A DNA stretch of 64,000 nt from Klebsiella pneumoniae (GTDB taxonomy: Bacteria > Pseudomonadota > Gammaproteobacteria > Pseudomonadales > UBA5518). Both the position numbers and the translations under genes were made by a program. Shown here one piece after another: positions 17,543 through 26,137 of this stretch (its first letter is position 1; each line of letters begins with the position of its first letter). Below the pieces are notes generated by a model. That model saw only the letters and a list, made by a program, of their open reading frames with translations. It had not been told where the DNA came from and ran no database searches. The stretch covers positions 388,295 to 452,294 of the forward strand of contig CAMAXE010000001.1 in the NCBI GenBank assembly GCA_945862145.1, given 5' to 3'.

Positions 17543-19702
17543 ATGTCCACCGAAGCACGGAAGATCATGCCGTTCACCCGCAGTGCCGAGCCAGGCACCA
17601 CATTGCAGCCGGCCTCGGAAGATATCTGGGATCGCAAATACCGTCTCAAGGACAAATCCGGCAACCCGCTGGACGACAGCATCGACGGCACTTACCGCCG
17701 CGTGGCCCGCGCCTTGGCCGCGGTGGAAACCGAAGACCGGCGAGAGCATTGGTACGAGCGCTTTGTGTGGGCCCTGCGTAACGGTGCCATTCCCGCCGGC
17801 CGCATCATCTCCAATGCCGGAGCGCAGGAGCACAAGCCCGCCACCTCCACCATCAACTGCACGGTCTCGGGCACCGTCGAGGATTCGATGCTGGGGATCC
17901 TCGAGAAGAACCTCGAGGCCGGCCTCACCCTGAAGGCAGGCTGCGGCATAGGTTATGAGTTCTCGACCCTGCGCCCCCGCGGGGCCTACGTGTCGGGGGC
18001 CGGTGCCTATACCAGTGGCCCACTCTCCTTCATGGATATCTTCGACAAGATGTGTTTCACCGTCTCCTCGGCTGGCGGCCGCCGCGGGGCGCAGATGGGC
18101 ACCTTCGACATCAGCCACCCCGACGTGGTGGATTTCATCCGTGCCAAGCGGGAGAACGGCCGCCTGCGTCAGTTCAACCTGTCGCTGCTGGTGACCGAGG
18201 AGTTCATGAAAGCCGTCAAGAGCGACGGCGACTGGACCCTGTCATTCCCGATCACCGCCAAGGAAGTCGAGGGCGGCGGCTTCGATTTAGCCAACCCGGA
18301 GGAGATCCTCTGGCGTCACTTCCCGACCACCCGGGGCTATGTTTCTGACGCTGAAGGTCGGGTTGCATGCCGGGTCTACAAGACGGTCAAGGCGCGCAAG
18401 CTCTGGAACGTCATCATGATTTCCACCTATGACTTCGCCGAGCCAGGCTTCATCCTGATCGACAAAGTCAATGAACTGAACAACAACTGGTTCTGCGAGA
18501 ACATCCGCGCCACCAACCCCTGCGGTGAGCAACCCCTGCCCGCTTATGGCAGCTGCCTGCTCGGCTCGATCAACCTGACCCGCTTCGTACAGTCGCCCTT
18601 CCGCGAGGAGGCACGCTTCGACTGGCAGGCCTTCCGCGAAGTGGTCGGTGTGTTCACCCGCATGCTCGACAACGTGGTCGAAATGAGCGGCCTCCCGCTC
18701 GAACAGCAACGCCATGAGATCGAGTACAAGCGCCGTCATGGCATGGGCTTCCTCGGTCTGGGCTCCGCGCTCACCATGCTCCGCATGAAGTACGGTAGCC
18801 CGGAAAGCGTGGAATTCACCGACCGCGTGTCGCGTGAACTCGCCGTGACGGGTTGGCGCAGTGGCCTTGAGCTGTCCCGCGAGAAGGGTTCGGCGCCGAT
18901 CATGGAAGACGAGTTTGTCGTGGACGCCGAGATGCTCGCTCGCCGCCCCGAGATGAGCGCTGATGGCTACCGCGCCGGCGACCGCGTGAAGGGCCGTGTG
19001 CTGCACGCCCGTTACAGCCGCTACATGCAGCGCATCGCGGAGATCGAGCCCGAACTGGTCGAGGCGCTGGCTACAGAGGGCTGTCGCTTCACACACCATT
19101 CATCCATCGCGCCAACCGGCACGATCTCGCTGTCGCTCGCCAATAATGCCTCGAACGGTATCGAGCCGAGCTTCGCGCACCAGTACTCGCGCAATGTGAT
19201 CCGCGAAGGCAAGAAATCGAAAGAAAAAGTCGACGTGCTGTCCTGCGAGCTACTTGCTTTCCGCGAGCTCGTGAATCCGCGCGCAACGCCCTACTCCACC
19301 GACCCCGACGAGCAACTGCCCGAGTACTTCGTGACCAGCGACGAGATCCTGCCGCGCCAGCATGTCGACATCCAGGCCGCCTCGCAGAAGTGGGTGGACT
19401 CCTCGATTTCGAAAACCATCAACGTGCCCACTGATCTGCCCTTCGACGAGTTCAAGGGCATCTATCTCTACGCCTACGAGAAAGGACTGAAAGGCTGCAC
19501 CACTTTCCGCTTCAACCCAGAGGCCTTTCAGGGCGTTCTGGTGAAGGAGGCGGATCTCGAGAAAACGATCTACCAGTTCAAGCTCGAGGACGGCACGACG
19601 GTCGAACTGAAAGGCAACGAAGAGGTCGAGTACGACGGCGAGATGCACACTGCCGCCAATCTCTTCGATGCAATGAAAGAAGGCTACTACGGCAAATTCT
19701 GA
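17543..19702 (+). CDS. nrdJ: class II (adenosylcobalamin-dependent) ribonucleotide reductase, large N-terminal fragment NrdJa
   Basis: 719-aa ORF. RNR catalytic-core strings are present (RIISNAGA, GGRRGAQMGTFDISHPDVVDFI, ATNPCGEQPLPAYGSCLLGSINL, SSIAPTGTISL). The protein ends before the usual C-terminal region, which is supplied by the next ORF. Confidence 0.9.
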   Translation: MSTEARKIMPFTRSAEPGTTLQPASEDIWDRKYRLKDKSGNPLDDSIDGTYRRVARALAAVETEDRREHWYERFVWALRNGAIPAGRIISNAGAQEHKPATSTINCTVSGTVEDSMLGILEKNLEAGLTLKAGCGIGYEFSTLRPRGAYVSGAGAYTSGPLSFMDIFDKMCFTVSSAGGRRGAQMGTFDISHPDVVDFIRAKRENGRLRQFNLSLLVTEEFMKAVKSDGDWTLSFPITAKEVEGGGFDLANPEEILWRHFPTTRGYVSDAEGRVACRVYKTVKARKLWNVIMISTYDFAEPGFILIDKVNELNNNWFCENIRATNPCGEQPLPAYGSCLLGSINLTRFVQSPFREEARFDWQAFREVVGVFTRMLDNVVEMSGLPLEQQRHEIEYKRRHGMGFLGLGSALTMLRMKYGSPESVEFTDRVSRELAVTGWRSGLELSREKGSAPIMEDEFVVDAEMLARRPEMSADGYRAGDRVKGRVLHARYSRYMQRIAEIEPELVEALATEGCRFTHHSSIAPTGTISLSLANNASNGIEPSFAHQYSRNVIREGKKSKEKVDVLSCELLAFRELVNPRATPYSTDPDEQLPEYFVTSDEILPRQHVDIQAASQKWVDSSISKTINVPTDLPFDEFKGIYLYAYEKGLKGCTTFRFNPEAFQGVLVKEADLEKTIYQFKLEDGTTVELKGNEEVEYDGEMHTAANLFDAMKEGYYGKF

Positions 19703-19715
19703 GAGGACCCCTGCA

Positions 19716-20405
19716 ATGGCTGTCAAGATCGCCAAGCGAATCATCTCCTACAAGGTCATGGAGCCCGTGGCCGACAAGCCACAGGCTGCCGAGGAACTCG
19801 AGCGCGCCATCGAAAAGATGAGCGAGAGTGTCTCGCGTCCCGAGACCCTCCGCGGCTCGACCTACAAGATCAAGACGCCGCTGTCCGAGCACGCGCTCTA
19901 CATCACGATCAACGACATCGTGCTGAACGAGGGCACCCCGCACGAGCAGCGTCGGCCTTACGAGGTTTTCATCAACTCCAAGAACATGGATCATTTCCAG
20001 TGGGTGCTCGCGCTGACGCGCGTGGTATCCGCCGTGTTCCGCAAGGGTGGTGACTGCACCTTCCTGGTCGAGGAGCTGAAAGCCGTGTTCGATCCCAAGG
20101 GCGGCTATTTCAAGAAAGGCGGGCGCTTCATGCCGTCCCTTGTGGCCGAGATCGGCGACTGCATCGAGAAACACCTGATCGACATCGGTATGCTGCGCAC
20201 CGAGGAGCTCGAAGATCACCAGCGCAAATTGATCGACGAGAAGCGGGCCCAGATCGAGTCGAGCAGCGCGCGCTCCGCACAGCCCGAAGAAAAAAGCGGT
20301 TATCCCCCTGGTGCACAGCTCTGCAGCAAGTGCATGACAAAGGCCACCGTCATGATGGATGGCTGCATGACCTGCCTCAGCTGCGGCGACTCCAAGTGCG
20401 GCTGA
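19716..20405 (+). CDS. nrdJ: class II ribonucleotide reductase C-terminal fragment NrdJb
   Basis: 229-aa ORF starting 13 nt after nrdJa. It contains the B12-RNR C-terminal region (GSTYKIKTPLSEHALYITIND..., PYEVFINSKN) and a Cys-rich tail, CSKCMTKATVMMDGCMTCLSCGDSKCG. The split arrangement is known from Pseudomonas aeruginosa nrdJab. Confidence 0.8.
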   Translation: MAVKIAKRIISYKVMEPVADKPQAAEELERAIEKMSESVSRPETLRGSTYKIKTPLSEHALYITINDIVLNEGTPHEQRRPYEVFINSKNMDHFQWVLALTRVVSAVFRKGGDCTFLVEELKAVFDPKGGYFKKGGRFMPSLVAEIGDCIEKHLIDIGMLRTEELEDHQRKLIDEKRAQIESSSARSAQPEEKSGYPPGAQLCSKCMTKATVMMDGCMTCLSCGDSKCG

Positions 20406-20444
20406 GAAGTCGCACTGCCAGCACCGGCTGCTGAGCGGGCCCGG

Positions 20445-21800
20445 ATGGCCCCGATGACTGCACGGCGGCAGGTCGGCGCCCTCGCACTGGTTCTTCTTGC
20501 GGGCGCCCTGCAGTCTGAGGTGTCCTTGGGTGGGGAAGCAGCGGTCGATCCAGAACCGGCGCCATCGGCGGCCACCAGTGCTTCCGTCAGCGCGGCACCC
20601 GTGCGCAGGGCGCGAACCGTCGACCTCGATGCACCGGTCGACACAGCGGCATCAGGCGATGAGCAAGGCGGCGAACCAGAGCCATCGGCGCAACTGCGCG
20701 ATCAATCCTTGCGCGACATCGGCAGCCTGACGCCAGACGCACAACAGCCGCCGATCAACACGCCGTTCGTGATGTTGGGCGCAGAAGTCCCGCCAGCGAC
20801 CGCCTCACGCCTGGCATGGCAGCCGGGCGAGTCCTTTGCCGGCATAGCAGCACCCACGCCGGTGCTGGTAGTGCACGGCGCCTCCAGTGGTCCGGTGGTC
20901 TGCCTCACGGCCGCAGTCCACGGCGACGAACTGAACGGCATCGAGATGGTTCGTCGCGTGCTCTACGAGCTCGATCCGGCACAACTCAAGGGAACCGTGG
21001 TTGGGGTGCCGATCGTGAACCTGCTCGGATTCAAGCGCAGCTCGCGTTACCTGCCCGACCGGCGCGACTTGAATCGCCACTTCCCCGGCAACCCGAACGG
21101 CAGCTCCGCCTCACGGATCGCCTACTCGTTCTTCAATGAGATCGTCAAACACTGCAACGTCCTGGTGGATTTGCACACCGGCAGTTTCTACCGCAGCAAC
21201 CTGCCGCAACTGCGCGCCGATCTACGCCGGCCGGAGGTGGCCGCAGTGGCCGCGAGTTTCGCCGCGACGGCAATCGTCCAGAGCACGGGGGCGGACGGCA
21301 GCCTGCGCCGGGCCGCGGTGGATGCCGGTGTCGCAACGGTCACGCTGGAGGCCGGCGAACCCATGCGGCTGCAGGCGAGCGAGGTCGACCACGGCGTGCA
21401 GGGGATCTTCGCGCTGATCGACCAACTTGGCATGTACCGCAAGCTGCGTGTCTGGGGAAACCCTGCTCCCGTCCACTATGAGTCACGCTGGGTGCGCGCT
21501 GACAACGGCGGCATCCTGTTCGGCAAGGTGAGCCTCGGCGACGGGGTTCGTCGCGGCGAATTGCTGGGAACGGTCACCGACCCGATAACCAACGTGCGTG
21601 CAGACATCCTCTCGCCCTATGACGGCCGGGTCATAGGACTCGCCGTCGACCAGGTCGTGCTTCCGGGGTTCGCGGCTTTCCATATCGGGATCCAGCCACA
21701 GGCCGACGCTGCGCCGGGAGGCATTCCACTGCCCGAAGGTACCGAGCCCGCTGGCGCCCCCGATGACCCGGGGGCACGCGACAATCCGGAAGACTCCTGA
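20445..21800 (+). CDS. succinylglutamate desuccinylase/aspartoacylase (AstE/AspA, M14-like) family protein with signal peptide
   Basis: 451-aa ORF with the N-terminal signal-like LALVLLAGALQ and then an Ala/Pro/Ser/Glu-rich linker. The catalytic domain strings VCLTAAVHGDELNG, NRHFPGNPNGS and VLVDLHTGS are characteristic of the AstE_AspA family. Confidence 0.8.
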   Translation: MAPMTARRQVGALALVLLAGALQSEVSLGGEAAVDPEPAPSAATSASVSAAPVRRARTVDLDAPVDTAASGDEQGGEPEPSAQLRDQSLRDIGSLTPDAQQPPINTPFVMLGAEVPPATASRLAWQPGESFAGIAAPTPVLVVHGASSGPVVCLTAAVHGDELNGIEMVRRVLYELDPAQLKGTVVGVPIVNLLGFKRSSRYLPDRRDLNRHFPGNPNGSSASRIAYSFFNEIVKHCNVLVDLHTGSFYRSNLPQLRADLRRPEVAAVAASFAATAIVQSTGADGSLRRAAVDAGVATVTLEAGEPMRLQASEVDHGVQGIFALIDQLGMYRKLRVWGNPAPVHYESRWVRADNGGILFGKVSLGDGVRRGELLGTVTDPITNVRADILSPYDGRVIGLAVDQVVLPGFAAFHIGIQPQADAAPGGIPLPEGTEPAGAPDDPGARDNPEDS

Positions 21801-21893
21801 AGCCCGGGCGTTGCTGGCAGGCTGCACCTATAATCCATTAGTAACTGACATGACGGGGCCGACGATGGTGAACGCGCGCACCGCAGGACAGCG

Positions 21894-24062
21894 ATGACAA
21901 AGACTCCCGCAGACCCAGCAGGCGAACCCGGACCGCTCAACGCTTCCACCGATGAACCGGCGGCAGACGCATTGCTCGAGTGCCTGGTGTTCGTCGCCCG
22001 CAGCCACGGCAAACAGGTATCGCGCGACGCCCTGCGCGCAGGGCTCCCGCTGGAAGGGGGGCGCCTGATGCCATCACTGCTGGCCCGGGCTGCCGAGCGA
22101 GCCGCGCTGCAGAGCAGGCTGGTCGAGTGTGCCCTGCCCTCTCTTGAGGCCCCGGTCCTTCCCGCCATACTGCTACTCGAAGAAAGCGCCGCCTGCGTGC
22201 TCATACGGCGCGAGAGCGAGATGTTGGTCATCCACGAACCCGGCAAAGCCGAGAGCCGCTGCACGGCGGCCGCGCTGGCACCTCGCTACAGTGGTACGGC
22301 GGTCCTGCTTGATGCGAGCTTCGAGTTCGACGCCCGCGCTCCGGAAATCCTGCGCAGCCGGGAGCAGCACTGGTTTTGGGGCGCGATGATCGAGAACCTG
22401 CCGCTTTACCGCGATGTGCTCGCCGCGGCGGTCATGATCAACCTGCTGGCCTTGGGGATGCCGATTTTTACCATGAACGTATACGACCGCGTGGTTCCCA
22501 ACCATGCGGTCGAGACGCTCTGGATGCTCGCCGCAGGCTTGGTGATCGTGCTCTGCGCGGATTTTGTCCTGCGTACGATGCGTGCCTTCTTCCTCGATCT
22601 TGCCAGCAAGCGCGTGGATCTTCGCGTGTCGTCGCTGATCATGGAGCGGGTGTTGGGAATGCGCCTCGAAGGGCGCCCGGCATCAGCGGGTTCCTTTGCC
22701 GCGAACCTGCGTTCCTTTGAATCCGTGCGTGACTTCATCACCTCGGCGTCGGTTACCACGCTGGTAGACCTGCCCTTCTCCTTGCTGTTTCTGGTCGTGA
22801 TCGGCTGGATTGCGCCGCTTATGGTGATTCCCGTTCTGGTGGCAACCGCCATCGCAGCAGGCTTCGCAGCCGCATTGGGCGCCAGGATGCACGCCCTGTC
22901 AGAAACGACATACCGCGCAGGCTCCATGCGCAATGCCACGTTAATCGAGAGTCTGGTAGGCCTGGAGACCGTGAAGGCACTGGGTGCAGAGGGCGTTATG
23001 CAGGCGCGCTGGGAGCGCTCGGCGGCCTTCATGGCCCAGACCGGAGCGCGACTGCGGCTCCTCGGCGCCAGCACACTCCACACCGCAATGCTCGCGCAGC
23101 AACTCACAGCCGTTGCCGTGATAATCCTCGGCGTCTACCTCATCACCGACGCCAAACTCTCGCTTGGCGGACTGATCGCCTGCTCAATGCTCGCCGCGCG
23201 GGCAATGGCGCCCATGGGACAGATCGCCGGTCTGATGACCCAGTACCACAATGCGGTCACCGCGATGGCGGCACTCGAGCAGATTGTGTCGCGCCCGGTG
23301 GAACGCCCTGCGGGCGCTCATTTCCTGAGCCGCCAGAGTTTCCGTGGCGACATCGAATTCCGGGATGTGGGATTTTCCTATCCCGGCACGGAGATGAACG
23401 CGCTGCGCGGCGTGAGCCTTCGCATTGCCGCCGGTGACAAGGTGGCGATACTCGGGCGCACCGGCTCTGGCAAGAGCACGCTCCTGCGCCTGATTCTCGG
23501 GCTGTACCGGCCCATCTCGGGCGCCGTGCTGGTCGATGGCATCGATCTGCGACAGCTCGATCCCGCGGAACTCCGTCGCAGCATCGGCTACGTCCCGCAG
23601 GACGTGAACCTGTTCTACGGCACGCTGAGGGATAACGTGAGCCTCGGGACGCCGCAGGTCGAAGACACGGAGATTATCCAGGCACTGCAGGTGGCGAACC
23701 TGACAGATTTCGTGAACCAGCACCCGCGCGGAATCGACATGCCGGTGGGCGAGCGTGGTGAATCACTCTCCGGTGGACAGCGCGAGGGCATCGCCATCGC
23801 CCGCGCAGTGATCAATTCGCCACCGATACTCCTGATGGACGAGCCCACAGGCTCCATGGATCACTCGAGCGAGGAGGCGGTGAAAGTACAGCTGCGCGAG
23901 TACTCCAAGGGGCGCACGGTGGTCATCGTGACGCACCGGACTTCGCTGCTCGATATGGTCGACCGGATCATCGTCGTGGACGCCGGAAAAATAGTGGCGG
24001 ACGGACCCAAAGCAACCGTGGTGGAAGCCTTGCGCCAAGGGCGCATCGGGAAGGGCGTGTGA
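21894..24062 (+). CDS. lapB: type I secretion system ABC transporter (LapB/HlyB-type, N-terminal C39-like domain)
   Basis: 722-aa ORF with an N-terminal C39-like region (LLECLVFVARSHGKQVS), six TM segments, Walker A GRTGSGKST, signature LSGGQREGIAIARA and Walker B ILLMDEPT. Confidence 0.9.
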   Translation: MTKTPADPAGEPGPLNASTDEPAADALLECLVFVARSHGKQVSRDALRAGLPLEGGRLMPSLLARAAERAALQSRLVECALPSLEAPVLPAILLLEESAACVLIRRESEMLVIHEPGKAESRCTAAALAPRYSGTAVLLDASFEFDARAPEILRSREQHWFWGAMIENLPLYRDVLAAAVMINLLALGMPIFTMNVYDRVVPNHAVETLWMLAAGLVIVLCADFVLRTMRAFFLDLASKRVDLRVSSLIMERVLGMRLEGRPASAGSFAANLRSFESVRDFITSASVTTLVDLPFSLLFLVVIGWIAPLMVIPVLVATAIAAGFAAALGARMHALSETTYRAGSMRNATLIESLVGLETVKALGAEGVMQARWERSAAFMAQTGARLRLLGASTLHTAMLAQQLTAVAVIILGVYLITDAKLSLGGLIACSMLAARAMAPMGQIAGLMTQYHNAVTAMAALEQIVSRPVERPAGAHFLSRQSFRGDIEFRDVGFSYPGTEMNALRGVSLRIAAGDKVAILGRTGSGKSTLLRLILGLYRPISGAVLVDGIDLRQLDPAELRRSIGYVPQDVNLFYGTLRDNVSLGTPQVEDTEIIQALQVANLTDFVNQHPRGIDMPVGERGESLSGGQREGIAIARAVINSPPILLMDEPTGSMDHSSEEAVKVQLREYSKGRTVVIVTHRTSLLDMVDRIIVVDAGKIVADGPKATVVEALRQGRIGKGV

Positions 24063-25483
24063 GCGACACCAAGGCGGGCCTTGCGACGCCCCTGATGCGT
24101 CTGCGTTCAGTGTGGAACTGGTGGGTGCGCCTTTGTTCCAGTGTGGTTGGGTGGTTCCTCGGGCCATGGATGGAGCCGGCAAGCGAGCTGCCGCCAGGCT
24201 GGACTACGGATGCCACGATCGCGCGACTCGCCCAGGAGCCGTTGCGGGCTCGAAAGCTGCTGCATGTAACCCTGCTCGTCACGCTGCTCCTTATTCTGTG
24301 GGCAGCGCTCGCGCGCCTCGATGAAGTCACACGCGGCGAGGCGAAAGTGGTCCCTTCACGGCAGATCCAGGTGATCCAGTCGCTCGACGGCGGAATCGTC
24401 TCGAGGATCCACGTGCACGAGGGCGCAATCGTGGAGACCGGGCAGTTGCTGGTGAGCATCGACGCCACGCGCTTCGTGTCCTCGCTGGCCGAAAACCGCG
24501 CCCAGTACCTTTCCCTGCTCGTCAAGACAGAAAGGCTCGCAGCCATCGCCGAAGGCAAGGAGTTCGTGGTTCCCCCCGAGGTGAGCGCCGAGGCGCCGGA
24601 GATCGCAGCCGCAGAAACACGACTTTTCCGCAGCAGCAGCGATGAACTCCAGAGCCAGATCGCCATTGCCACCCAGCAACTGACCCAACGCGAGCAGGAA
24701 CTGCGCGAGGCCAATGCCTTTCTTCAGCAATCGACCCGCAGCCACGACCTCGCGCGGCAGGAACTGCAGCAGACCGAACCGCTGGTCGAATCAGGCGCAG
24801 TCTCCGAGGTCGAGATCCTGCGGCTGAAGCGCGATGTTTCCCGTATGCGCGGCGATCTGGAACAGGCGAGCGCACAAGTCACACGGACACGCTCGGCCAT
24901 CGAGGAAGCGCAACGCAAGCGCGAGCAGGTCGAACTCGACTTCCGCAACGGCATCCGGCGCGAACTCGGCGAAGCCACCTCGCTACTGAACAGCCTTGCC
25001 GCAGGCAGCAGCGGACTGGCCGATCGCGTCCGGCAGGCCGAGGTCCGCTCGCCGGTACGCGGTACGGTGAAGCGGCTGCTCGTTAACACCGAGGGCGGCG
25101 TGGTGCTGCCGGGGCGCGACATCATCGAGATCGTACCCCTTGACGACACCTTGCTCCTCGAGGCCAAGATCGCCCCTCGGGACATCGCTTTCCTGCGGCC
25201 GGGCCAGCCGGCGCTGGTGAAATTCACCGCCTATGACTTCATGATTTACGGCGGCCTGGAGGCAGAACTCGAGAGTATCGGAGCCGATACCATCGCCGAT
25301 GAAGACGGCAACGCCTTCTATCTGGTGCGGGTGCGGACACACCAGCCGACACTCGGCAAGGACCGACCGATCATCCCCGGCATGGTTGCCGAGGTGGACA
25401 TCCTGACCGGTGAAAAAAGCGTGCTAAGCTACCTTATGAAGCCTGTCCTGCGGGCACGGCAGTACGCACTAACAGAGCGATGA
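24059..25483 (+). CDS. lapC: HlyD-family type I secretion membrane fusion protein
   Basis: 474-aa ORF whose GTG start overlaps the lapB stop (GTGA). It has one TM segment, a long coiled-coil middle and the HlyD C-terminal signature (PGMVAEVDILTGEKSVLSYLMKPV). Confidence 0.9.
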   Translation: MSDTKAGLATPLMRLRSVWNWWVRLCSSVVGWFLGPWMEPASELPPGWTTDATIARLAQEPLRARKLLHVTLLVTLLLILWAALARLDEVTRGEAKVVPSRQIQVIQSLDGGIVSRIHVHEGAIVETGQLLVSIDATRFVSSLAENRAQYLSLLVKTERLAAIAEGKEFVVPPEVSAEAPEIAAAETRLFRSSSDELQSQIAIATQQLTQREQELREANAFLQQSTRSHDLARQELQQTEPLVESGAVSEVEILRLKRDVSRMRGDLEQASAQVTRTRSAIEEAQRKREQVELDFRNGIRRELGEATSLLNSLAAGSSGLADRVRQAEVRSPVRGTVKRLLVNTEGGVVLPGRDIIEIVPLDDTLLLEAKIAPRDIAFLRPGQPALVKFTAYDFMIYGGLEAELESIGADTIADEDGNAFYLVRVRTHQPTLGKDRPIIPGMVAEVDILTGEKSVLSYLMKPVLRARQYALTER

Positions 25484-26097
25484 TCCACTCAATATTGATC
25501 GCCACCGACACCGAAGTGCGACAGCGCTGGGAGAAAGCCTTTCCAGGGGCGCCGGTGCACGCAAGCCCCGCCGCCGTTCCGGATCGCGTTGGGCCTGACA
25601 CCGTTGCGTGGCTTCACGTGGGGGCCGACCATGAGGCGGCACGAAGACTCGTTGCGGAGACCTTGGCGGCGATCGGCCCCTGTTCTGTTGTAGCTCTTTC
25701 TGATATTCCCTCTGACGATCAGGCTCTCGAACTGATGGAGCGCGGCGTGGTTGGCTACTGCCACGCCTATGCCGGACCGGCCATGCTGCAACAGGTGAGC
25801 ACGGTGGTTGCTCACCAAGGGCTTTGGGTGGGGCCTGATCTTATGCAGCGTCTGATCCGCGCAGCCGGCGCCAATGTGGCTGTTGACCCGTCATCGAGCA
25901 AGGCACTGGAGACGCTCTCCGGGCGGGAACTGGAGGTCGCGCGCCACGTGGGGACAGGCTCCAGCAACAAAGAGGTTGCCCGTTCGCTCGACATCACCGA
26001 GCGTACGGTCAAGGCGCATCTCAGCTCGATCTTCACCAAACTGGGCGTGCGCGACCGGCTGCATCTGGCGCTGTTCATGCGCTCACAGGGATTCTGA
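25480..26097 (+). CDS. LuxR/CsgD/VpsT-type regulator with atypical receiver-like N-domain
   Basis: 205-aa ORF whose ATG overlaps the lapC stop (ATGA). The C-terminal HTH reads LSGRELEVARHVGTGSSNKEVARSLDITERTVKAHLSSIFTKLGVRDRLHLALF. The N-terminal about 130 aa is receiver-like, but I see no obvious DD...D...K phospho-acceptor pattern. Confidence 0.8.
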   Translation: MIHSILIATDTEVRQRWEKAFPGAPVHASPAAVPDRVGPDTVAWLHVGADHEAARRLVAETLAAIGPCSVVALSDIPSDDQALELMERGVVGYCHAYAGPAMLQQVSTVVAHQGLWVGPDLMQRLIRAAGANVAVDPSSSKALETLSGRELEVARHVGTGSSNKEVARSLDITERTVKAHLSSIFTKLGVRDRLHLALFMRSQGF

Positions 26098-26137
26098 AAC
26101 GGCGCGTTCGCCCGCAACAGGTTTCAGACCGCAACGT

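Noticed and set aside
26098-26137. A short inverted repeat, CTGAAAC-N20-GTTTCAG, lies between the convergent regulator and sulfotransferase genes and could be a bidirectional terminator.
   Set aside because: It has a 7-bp stem with a 20-nt loop and no flanking T or A tracts. This is too weak to call.
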